64,000 nucleotides of DNA, from contig BPJB01000001.1 of NCBI GenBank assembly GCA_026004395.1, positions 161,370 to 225,369 of the forward strand, written 5' to 3'. Below, one piece after another: positions 38,468 through 46,625 of this stretch (position 1 is its first letter; each line of letters begins with the position of its first letter). Position numbers and translations under genes: made by a program. The notes under the pieces are model-generated. The model was not told the origin of the DNA, searched no databases, and saw nothing but the letters and a program-made list of their open reading frames with translations. The stretch is from Patescibacteria group bacterium. GTDB lineage: Bacteria > Patescibacteriota > Microgenomatia > Levybacterales > UBA12049.

Positions 38468-40878
38468 CAGCGCAGGACGATTTTATAAAACTCTATGCAT
38501 TTTATAGATCTGCATTTATGCGTGCAGTTCGTCTCTTGATTTTTTTCATTCTTGGCACATATATTCTTTCTGCTTTTTCTACTAATACTTCTCCCAAATT
38601 TGCACTCTTTTTAATGAACATTTTTATCATGTTAGAGGTTTTTTATCATTTTAAGATATCCCGTTTACGACCATCTATGACAGTTCAACAAGCGGATGAT
38701 GATCATGCTCTTAAGGCATGTACTCTTGCTGTTCTCTATGCACTTTATACTGCACAATCTGCGGAGGAGTTAATCAGGCGACTTTTACGCTCAAAACAAG
38801 CAATCTTTTTACTAGAACGTATTCCTGTTAGTCCTGAAGAACTTCCTCATACTACAATTGAAGCTATTACACTCCTTAGATCTACTTTAAAGATTGCCAA
38901 GCTAGCAGGAGGAATCTATATTACTCCTGCTGATGTGATAGCAACATATCTTTTGTTGACTGAGGATCAATCAAAACTGCTCTTTTCCAAAAAAATCAAA
39001 CAAACTGAGCTGATAGAAATTTTGAGATGGGCAAGGTGGAGCTACCCCGAGGAGGAAAAGCACCATCCGCTGGAAATTCAAATTAGTGGTTCAGGAATTG
39101 GTGAAGGGCTTGTAGCAGGATGGACAATCGAGACAAAGAAGTACACTCGTGATTTTGGTATGAACGCAGTTAATGAAAATAACTCCATTATTGGAAGAGA
39201 GGAAGAGTTTCGTGCATTACAGGAAGCTCTCGTAAAAAATCAAAATAACAATGTTCTTCTTATAGGCGAGCAAGGTGCTGGAAAAGAAGGATTGGTACAG
39301 AAACTAGCTATTGATAGTTTTAATGGAAGAACAATTGCAGGTTTGAGGAATAAACGTATTCTTGAACTTCTTATTGGTCCATTAATTGCTGGTGTCTCAT
39401 CTTTAGGAGATCTAGAAGCGCGTCTTCAGGCAATTATTGAAGAAGTATCTCATGCTGGGAATATCATTCTTTATATACCTGAAGTGCAGGATATTCTCGG
39501 ATCGACATCTTTCTCTATGGATCTTTCTGGAGCTCTTTATCCTTATCTTAAAACTGGCAAACTTCCTGTCATTGCGTCTATCACTCCAGGTAATTTTAAG
39601 ACCTATCTTGAGGAAAAACCTCTTGCACGGCTTTTTACACCTATTTATCTTAATGAACCAAAAGAGGAACAAGCAAAACGTATATTGATGGAAAGATCAT
39701 TAGCAATTGAGCGAAAAACCAAAGTCATCATTACTTATTCAGCAATTATTGCTGCTGTAAAATTTGGTGATCGTTATGTACAGGAGATTAGACTGCCGGG
39801 TAGCGCAATTCGACTTCTTGAAGATGTTGTGCAAAGTGCAATGCAGCAGACAATGCCTGTATATTCTCTTACGCACCAAAAAATTCTTACAGAAGATTTC
39901 ATTGTTCAGAAGATTGAAGAGAGGATTGGTGTGTCTCTTTCTGAACCCACATCAGATGAAAGAAATCTTTTATTAAACTTAGAGAATAAACTTCATGAGC
40001 GGGTCATAGGTCAAGACGAGGCAATAAGAGTCATTGCGCAAGCTATTCGTAGACTTCGTTCTGGGATGATATCACGACCAAGACCCATATCATTTCTTTT
40101 CTTAGGACCAACTGGAGTGGGAAAAACAGAGACAGCAAAAGCGCTTGCCAGTATTTATTTTGGTGGTGAAAATTCTATGATTAGACTGGATATGAGTGAG
40201 TATTCCGATGAGATAGGAGAACGCAGGCTGCTTGGAGCTCCTCCAGGACAAGGAACAGAGCGTGGTGAGTTAACAGAACAAGTTCGAGATCATCCTTATT
40301 CTTTGATATTGTTGGATGAGTTTGAAAAAGCTCATCCTCGAATTTTGGATCTTTTTCTTCAAGTTTTGGATGATGGTCGTCTCACAGATAACAAAGGTAG
40401 AACAGTATCTTTTATAAATTCGCTGATTATTGCAACATCTAACGCAGGTTCTGAGTTTATTCGCGAAGAGGTCTTGAAAGGAACTCCATTAGATCAACAG
40501 TTTGAAGCAAAGCTTATTGAGTATTTACAAAATCATCATATTTTCAAACCTGAACTTCTCAATAGATTTGACGATATCATCACTTTTAGACCGCTTACCA
40601 AAGAGCAGATCAAAAAAATTTGTGCACTTATGCTTCAGCAGGTAGTGTCTGATTTGTTAGAAAAAGATATAGCTATAGTATGGGAAGATAAAGTTTTAGA
40701 TAAAATATCTTCAGAAGCATTTGATCCTCAGTTTGGAGCTCGTCCTATAAGAAGATATATTCAAAACAATATAGAAGATCTTCTTGCTCAAAAAATACTT
40801 GCAGGAGATGTGCAACGAGGGAATACTGTGCATATCACACTCAGAGACGATGATTCATTTGCAGTAACTGTTACCTAG
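38461..40878 (+). CDS. Membrane-anchored Hsp100/Clp-like AAA+ protein with degenerate D1 (pseudo-ATPase) and intact D2
   Basis: Two N-terminal TM helices (…LLIFFILGTYILSAF…, …FALFLMNIFIMLEVFY…). The D1 Walker A reads GEQGAGKEG (GKE instead of GKT/S) and the D1 Walker B reads ILYIPE (Pro in place of Asp). D2 is canonical: …LFLGPTGVGKTETAK…, …SLILLDEFEKAH…, a sensor-2 GAR in …GARPIRR…. No IGF loop. Confidence 0.65.
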   Translation: MVAAQDDFIKLYAFYRSAFMRAVRLLIFFILGTYILSAFSTNTSPKFALFLMNIFIMLEVFYHFKISRLRPSMTVQQADDDHALKACTLAVLYALYTAQSAEELIRRLLRSKQAIFLLERIPVSPEELPHTTIEAITLLRSTLKIAKLAGGIYITPADVIATYLLLTEDQSKLLFSKKIKQTELIEILRWARWSYPEEEKHHPLEIQISGSGIGEGLVAGWTIETKKYTRDFGMNAVNENNSIIGREEEFRALQEALVKNQNNNVLLIGEQGAGKEGLVQKLAIDSFNGRTIAGLRNKRILELLIGPLIAGVSSLGDLEARLQAIIEEVSHAGNIILYIPEVQDILGSTSFSMDLSGALYPYLKTGKLPVIASITPGNFKTYLEEKPLARLFTPIYLNEPKEEQAKRILMERSLAIERKTKVIITYSAIIAAVKFGDRYVQEIRLPGSAIRLLEDVVQSAMQQTMPVYSLTHQKILTEDFIVQKIEERIGVSLSEPTSDERNLLLNLENKLHERVIGQDEAIRVIAQAIRRLRSGMISRPRPISFLFLGPTGVGKTETAKALASIYFGGENSMIRLDMSEYSDEIGERRLLGAPPGQGTERGELTEQVRDHPYSLILLDEFEKAHPRILDLFLQVLDDGRLTDNKGRTVSFINSLIIATSNAGSEFIREEVLKGTPLDQQFEAKLIEYLQNHHIFKPELLNRFDDIITFRPLTKEQIKKICALMLQQVVSDLLEKDIAIVWEDKVLDKISSEAFDPQFGARPIRRYIQNNIEDLLAQKILAGDVQRGNTVHITLRDDDSFAVTVT

Positions 40879-40926
40879 TACCCATTTTTTAAAAAAAGAT
40901 TTAGAATGTAGTAAAGATACAATAAG

Positions 40927-41949
40927 ATGACTCAAAGACGCACGATCACAAAAAGGAAAAAATTAATAAGAAGGAGGAAACATCCATGGATGAAAATCCT
41001 ATCCTTTTTTCAAGGAGAGGGAGGAATCTTTGTCATTTTCATATTAGCATCTATAATGGCCGGAGCATTTGCGCTCACAGGTGGACTTACTCCAGTGCTT
41101 AATCCAGCTCCATCGTCTCAGGATCAAGTTATTATTGATGAGGACTCAGCAAAACGCAGTAATGAGAAATCTCTTCAACTAGTTGATATTAAGATTAAAC
41201 CAACAGATACTCCAACACCAACACCCTCGAGTACACCGACCCTAACACCCACACCGCAACAAGCGTGTTTGAATAAGACAGTTTTGACACTCATACTTGA
41301 TGTATCTACTTCAATGAATGCGAATAACAAGATGGGGCAGCTTAATGATGCCTTAAAAAATCTTATAAGTCAGTTAAACGATGAGACGGTGATAGGTGCT
41401 ATAGAATTTGCAGGCCTTGCTTCTTTTCCTAATACTAATGGTGCAAATACACTTCTTCCCTATACTCGGTATAAAGATAATAAATCTCTTATTCAGTCTC
41501 GATTAAGTAACTTACAAGTACATACAACTTCGCTCAACGATGGAACTTATTTTCGATCTGCCTTTACTAGAGCTATTAATAACATCAATGCTGTCAAGGG
41601 TATGTATGCAAGTCAAGGATATAATTTTGTAACAATTGTTTTTACTGATGGAGTACCAGAGACACAGTACACAGATCATGATTGTTTAGTTGAGATTAAC
41701 AATCCCTATATTTGTTTTTCCAATAAGCAAGATCCGCGTTATGATTTAACAGATAGACTCAAAAGTATATCTAATCGAGTGTATTCAATAGGTATTTATT
41801 CAGGACAAAGAGAAAGAGCTGTTTTAACACAAGCCAAACAATTACTTGCAGATATTGCATCAAAACCTTCGTACACAAAAAGTAGCGATAACCCTGCTGC
41901 AATAACTTCTCTTTTCCAAGATACTCTTTCTACTGTTTGTAATCAATAG
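40927..41949 (+). CDS. TM-anchored von Willebrand factor type A (vWA) domain protein with a T/P-rich linker
   Basis: N-terminal TM (…IFVIFILASIMAGAFALTGGL…), a linker TDTPTPTPSSTPTLTPTP, and a vWA core with the MIDAS motif …LILDVSTSMNAN… (DxSxS) plus …VTIVFTDGVPE… (the T…DG metal-site residues). Confidence 0.7.
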   Translation: MTQRRTITKRKKLIRRRKHPWMKILSFFQGEGGIFVIFILASIMAGAFALTGGLTPVLNPAPSSQDQVIIDEDSAKRSNEKSLQLVDIKIKPTDTPTPTPSSTPTLTPTPQQACLNKTVLTLILDVSTSMNANNKMGQLNDALKNLISQLNDETVIGAIEFAGLASFPNTNGANTLLPYTRYKDNKSLIQSRLSNLQVHTTSLNDGTYFRSAFTRAINNINAVKGMYASQGYNFVTIVFTDGVPETQYTDHDCLVEINNPYICFSNKQDPRYDLTDRLKSISNRVYSIGIYSGQRERAVLTQAKQLLADIASKPSYTKSSDNPAAITSLFQDTLSTVCNQ

Positions 41950-42154
41950 GTTTTGGTACTTTGGCCATTGCTTAAAAAAAATATAAGTAATCAAAAGAAA
42001 AATAGTTATCTTAAAAGTAAAAACCAGTACAGATTCTCGATTATGTATAATAAGTTAGTATATGATACATTGATCCCTCATGTTTTGAGCAACCAATTGA
42101 CTAAAACAGTAGGAAATTAGCTCACAACAAAACTTGAGATAGTTTTAGCAAGAA

Positions 42155-42475
42155 TTGCCAAATAGGAAGATGAAAGATTTTCTTCTCTCTTTACTGACCC
42201 CAATCGAAAGGATTATGCTAGCCAAAAGACTCGCAATTATTATTCTTTTAAAAGAAGGGCTTCCAGAGTGGCGTATTGCTGATGCTTTACACATGACGCG
42301 AATCACAGTATCCAGGATGCAACTTTTCCTGGAAGCAAGAGGCAAGGGTTATGAAATTGCTTTGCAAGTCCTGCAAAACGAAAAAGTTATGCAAGATATA
42401 AAAAATTTACTTCTGAAACTCGCAGGTTACGCTGTAAGAGCAGCTGGCGGACGAGTTAAGCCCTCTATTATCTGA
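42155..42475 (+). CDS. TrpR/YerC-YecD-like helix-turn-helix DNA-binding protein
   Basis: …LTPIERIMLAKRLAIIILLKEGLPEWRIADALHMTRITVSR… resembles the TrpR-family HTH. Length is 106 aa. Confidence 0.5.
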   Translation: MPNRKMKDFLLSLLTPIERIMLAKRLAIIILLKEGLPEWRIADALHMTRITVSRMQLFLEARGKGYEIALQVLQNEKVMQDIKNLLLKLAGYAVRAAGGRVKPSII

Positions 42476-42722
42476 CAATCTATGTTCTACTTTCTGTAGT
42501 ATAGGTTAATATATGATACAGAAGATTTGGACTAATAACTGCATAGGAGAGATTAGTCTTAGTGTAGAGAAAAGACAGCTGTAATAGAGTTTGATATTTG
42601 AAAAAATATTTCTCTAAATTATAAATTATTTAAGGATTGAAAAAAAACTTGTTGCCTCCCCCTCTGAATAACAATCCATTATCAGGTTGCTGAAGATTTC
42701 TTGATCTGATATACTTACATAT

Positions 42723-43853
42723 ATGCCAGCAATACAAAGAAGTGAATTCGCTCTTGCTCTTAATCAAGTCGCAGCTGAACGCGGCGTAGAGGTATCTGTT
42801 GTTCTTGAAACAGTACAAAACGCTATTCTTGCTGCATATCGTAAAGATCATCCTGGAATTGATATTACAGAATATAAAGCAGAGCTTAATCCTAATACTG
42901 GAGAAGCAAAAATTTTCCACAACGGAGAAGATGTAACACCTCCTGGATTTGGTAGAATTGCTGCGCAGACCGCAAAGCAAGTTATTCTTCAGAAAATTCG
43001 TGAGAAAGAAAAAGAAGCAATAATTGCAGACTATAAAGTAAAAATTGGCCAAGTTGTCAACGGTACTGTTCTGCGTTTTGCAGGTCCTAATATCATTATG
43101 GATATTGGCAAAGCAGAAGCTATAATGCCACCTCAAGAACAAATCCCCAATGAAAGGTATTATCAAAACCAGAGACTTGTTGTCTATTTAAAAGAGATCA
43201 GAGAGGGAACAAAAGGAGAAGAGATCATTGTTTCAAGAGCAGATAATGGACTTTTAGAAGGATTGCTTAGAAGAGAGGTCCCAGAAGTAGCACAAGGTAG
43301 TGTAGTGATTAAAGCAATAGTGCGCGAACCGGGTAATAGATCAAAAGTTGCTGTGTATTCAAGTCAAGCAGGTATTGATCCAGTGGGAAGTTGTGTTGGC
43401 CAAAAAGGAGTTAGGATTCAATCTATTATTCAAGAGCTGGGTGGTCTGGAGAAGATAGATATTATTCAGTGGCAGGAAGATGCTGCAGCATATATTGCAG
43501 CGGCTTTATCTCCAGCAAAAAATGTAAGAGTAGAGTTGAACAAAGAGGAGAAATTAGCACGTGTTTTTGTCCCTCAAGATGAGTTATCTCTTGCGATTGG
43601 TAAAGATGGTCAGAATGTGAGACTTGCTTCAAAACTGACTGATTATAGAATTGAGATTGTCGAGAATCAACATTCTATCAAGCAGGAAGAGATGGAAGAA
43701 GTTGATCAAGAGTTAAAAAAAGAAGAGACATCATCAGAAATAACTTCAGAATCTGCGACTGAGAGTGTATCGGAAAATCCAACATCTCCTGCAGCGGATA
43801 AGCAAGCAGGAGATTTGTCTATGGCAGGAGAGAACAATGAACAGACTGCTTAA
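42723..43853 (+). CDS. nusA: Transcription termination/antitermination factor NusA
   Basis: MPAIQRSEFALALNQVAAERGVEVSVVLETVQNAILAAYRK… is the NusA N-domain. S1 and KH domains follow (…GKDGQNVRLASKLT…), then an acidic tail. Confidence 0.9.
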   Translation: MPAIQRSEFALALNQVAAERGVEVSVVLETVQNAILAAYRKDHPGIDITEYKAELNPNTGEAKIFHNGEDVTPPGFGRIAAQTAKQVILQKIREKEKEAIIADYKVKIGQVVNGTVLRFAGPNIIMDIGKAEAIMPPQEQIPNERYYQNQRLVVYLKEIREGTKGEEIIVSRADNGLLEGLLRREVPEVAQGSVVIKAIVREPGNRSKVAVYSSQAGIDPVGSCVGQKGVRIQSIIQELGGLEKIDIIQWQEDAAAYIAAALSPAKNVRVELNKEEKLARVFVPQDELSLAIGKDGQNVRLASKLTDYRIEIVENQHSIKQEEMEEVDQELKKEETSSEITSESATESVSENPTSPAADKQAGDLSMAGENNEQTA

Positions 43854-43891
43854 CCTTGCATTGTTGAGATACAAAAGGAGTTTATACTTTT

Positions 43892-45343
43892 ATGACACAG
43901 AAAAGCATAAACACACCATATTTTCCTCCAGTTGTTGCCGTTTTAGGTCATGTTGATCACGGGAAAACTACTCTTCTTGATGCTATAAGAAAAACATCTA
44001 TTGCAGAGCGTGAATTAGGTGGAATTACTCAGAGAATTGGAGCCTCATCAGTTGAAATTATAAGTGATGGTACAAAAAGGAAAATAACATTTATAGATAC
44101 TCCTGGTCATGAGGCTTTTGCAAAAATGAGAAGCCGTGGTGCACAAGTTGCGGATATTGGTCTTCTTGTTGTATCAGCGGCCGATGGGGTTATGCCACAA
44201 ACTCGAGAGAGTATCGCTGTTCTTAAAGATGCAGGAATACCCTATATTGTAGTCCTCACAAAATCTGATCTTCCCACAGCAAATCCTCAGAAAGTAAAAC
44301 AACAACTTCTAGGAGAAAATGTTCTTCTTGAAGAGTTTGGTGGTGATATTCCTGCAATCAGTGTATCAGCAAAGACCAATTATAATATTAAAGAACTGCT
44401 TGATCTTGTTCTTTTGGTTTATGAGCTTCACTATCCAAATTTGCAAGATGCCGCATCAGCGCCCCTTACTGCAGTGGTTATTGAGTCTCGCCTTGATACA
44501 AAAGCAGGACCAAAAGCAACAGTGGTTATAAAGAAGGGAACAATAAAACTTCGAGATGAGCTTTATACAGAACATGGACTATTTCGAGTAAGAAGTATCC
44601 TCACAGATAGAGGAGAATTACTTCAGGAAGCGTCTGTTGGAGATGCGGTCGAGATACTTGGATTTACGAGTGTTCCCAGCGTGGGAAGTCTTATCACCAA
44701 AACTCCTCAGTCTCTTGTTGAGGTATCTCCCAAAGTTCCTCTTAAAAAAGAAGCTACCCTACCAATGCAAAAGAGAGAAGGAGAACTCCAGATTATTCTG
44801 GTTGCTGATACTCAGGGATCACTCGAAGCAATTACAAATGCATTACCAGAAAAAGTCAGATTAGTTTACCAAAAAACAGGTGAAATTACAGAAGCAGATG
44901 TCCTTATGGCAAAATCAACAGGAGCGTTAATTATCGGTTTTAATACCCGCATTCGTCATGATGTTGCGAAACTAGCACGTACAGAAAAGGTTCTCATGAA
45001 AAATTATTCAATTATTTATGAGTTGCTGGATGAGATTTCAGAAGTACTCGCTGGTAAAGAACTTGAGATGATGGAACAGATTTTTGGGACCGCACAAATA
45101 CTTGCCAAGTTTCCCTATGAAAAGACATATGCTTTAGGAATTCGTGTATTAGACGGTAGGGTAGCCAAAGGTGATAAGGCAAGGTTGGTAAGAGGAGAAG
45201 AAATTATTGGAGAAACTCAAATCACTTCTTTAAGGGTAGGAAAGAATCCAGTATCTAAAGTAGAGAAGGGTCATGAAGCAGGGATCCTTATCTCACCATT
45301 ACTTGACTTCCAGGTTGGTGATGTGGTAATATGCCATGAATAA
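43892..45343 (+). CDS. infB: Translation initiation factor IF-2 (short form: G-domain through C-terminus)
   Basis: …VVAVLGHVDHGKTTLLDAIRKT… is G1, …FIDTPGHEAF… is G3, and …LTKSD… is the NKxD-like motif. The gene follows nusA. Confidence 0.88.
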   Translation: MTQKSINTPYFPPVVAVLGHVDHGKTTLLDAIRKTSIAERELGGITQRIGASSVEIISDGTKRKITFIDTPGHEAFAKMRSRGAQVADIGLLVVSAADGVMPQTRESIAVLKDAGIPYIVVLTKSDLPTANPQKVKQQLLGENVLLEEFGGDIPAISVSAKTNYNIKELLDLVLLVYELHYPNLQDAASAPLTAVVIESRLDTKAGPKATVVIKKGTIKLRDELYTEHGLFRVRSILTDRGELLQEASVGDAVEILGFTSVPSVGSLITKTPQSLVEVSPKVPLKKEATLPMQKREGELQIILVADTQGSLEAITNALPEKVRLVYQKTGEITEADVLMAKSTGALIIGFNTRIRHDVAKLARTEKVLMKNYSIIYELLDEISEVLAGKELEMMEQIFGTAQILAKFPYEKTYALGIRVLDGRVAKGDKARLVRGEEIIGETQITSLRVGKNPVSKVEKGHEAGILISPLLDFQVGDVVICHE

Positions 45344-45355
45344 TATAGGATACTT

Positions 45356-46309
45356 ATGGATGCTCAATCAATTCAACGAATCAGAGATATTATTTCTCGC
45401 AGCCAATCGATATCAATTATGGTAGGAGAAAATCCGACTGTAGATCAGATGGCTGCAGCCTTATCTTTATATCTCACTCTTTCTACAGGTAAAAAAGTCT
45501 CCGTTTTTTCTCTCTCAACTCCACTGGTTGAACACTCATCACTAGTTGGTATTGATAAAGTAGGGACATCTCCTGAAGGAACAGGAGGAGATTTGGTTGT
45601 TTCTTTTCCCTACAAAGAGGGAGAGATTGAAAAGGTATCCTACACTATCGAGAATGGTTATCTTAATATTATTGTGAAAGGTGGAGAAGGGGGATTAACG
45701 TTTGATGAGCACGATGTACTTTTCAAAAGGGGAACAGGCAAAGTTGATCTTTTAATTACTGTTGGAGTAGAGAGTATGCGATTGGTGAAGAATCTATTCA
45801 GTGAGGATGCTCTTAAAGAAGCAACTGTGATTAATATTGATAACACAAATGAAAATTCAGGATATGGAGATGTTGTTTTGGTTTCCAATAAATTTTCATC
45901 GCTTTCTGAACAGGTAGCAGATCTTCTTTTGAATCTTGGATTAGATATAGATATTGATACTGCGCAAAATCTTTTATTAGGTATTACAGAGGCTACAAAT
46001 AATTTCCAGTCGCCTCAAACGAGTTATCTTGCCTTTGAAATTGCTGCCATTCTTCTTAAAAGAGGAGCTGTACGGCCTCAAATAGAGATGACAAAAAGAC
46101 AAGACCTAAAAAAAGAAGAAAGATTAGATATCGTGCGACAAAGTATAGGCAAGGTTCAAGAATCGGCACAAAAGCAGTCTCCATTGCCGCGCAGTGAACA
46201 ACAGACTAGACAAGATCAGAAAATGCGATCAGATAGACAATCATCTGAGCAAAAGCCACCTTCTGATTGGCTGACTCCTAAAGTTTACAAAGGTTCAACG
46301 AATATTTAA
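45356..46309 (+). CDS. DHH-family (NrnA-like) phosphoesterase homolog with degenerate catalytic motifs and no DHHA1 domain
   Basis: Architecture parallels NrnA/YtqI: …SISIMVGENPTVDQMAAALSLYLTL… (the DxD motif is lost), …KVDLLITVGVES… (motif II Asp lost), …VINIDNTNEN… (DHH replaced by DNT), …LLLGITEATNNF… (motif IV region). The C-terminus is a Q/R/S-rich low-complexity tail rather than a GGGH-containing DHHA1. Confidence 0.5.
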   Translation: MDAQSIQRIRDIISRSQSISIMVGENPTVDQMAAALSLYLTLSTGKKVSVFSLSTPLVEHSSLVGIDKVGTSPEGTGGDLVVSFPYKEGEIEKVSYTIENGYLNIIVKGGEGGLTFDEHDVLFKRGTGKVDLLITVGVESMRLVKNLFSEDALKEATVINIDNTNENSGYGDVVLVSNKFSSLSEQVADLLLNLGLDIDIDTAQNLLLGITEATNNFQSPQTSYLAFEIAAILLKRGAVRPQIEMTKRQDLKKEERLDIVRQSIGKVQESAQKQSPLPRSEQQTRQDQKMRSDRQSSEQKPPSDWLTPKVYKGSTNI

Positions 46310-46355
46310 GTTATTTTCTTGCGGTAAGTAAGAAAAATTGGTATAATGTTTTTCT

Positions 46356-46625
46356 ATGCCACTTTCATCTACACAAAAACAAGATATTATCAAACAGTAT
46401 CAAACAGCTGAGGGAGATACAGGAAGTCCTGAGGTGCAGATAGCATTGCTTACGAAGAGAATAGAGAGACTTGCAGAACACCTCAAAGATCACGTTCATG
46501 ATGTTCACAGCCGTCGTGGTCTTCTCTCTATGATTGCTAAACGAAGACGACTTATTAACTTTCTTGCAAAGGTTGATAAGAATCGTGCATCAGCTATTTT
46601 AAAAAAGATTGGATTAGAAAAATAA
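46356..46625 (+). CDS. rpsO: 30S ribosomal protein S15
   Basis: …GDTGSPEVQIALLTKRIERLAEHLKDHVHDVHSRRGLLSMIAKRRRLINFL… is canonical S15. Confidence 0.92.
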   Translation: MPLSSTQKQDIIKQYQTAEGDTGSPEVQIALLTKRIERLAEHLKDHVHDVHSRRGLLSMIAKRRRLINFLAKVDKNRASAILKKIGLEK

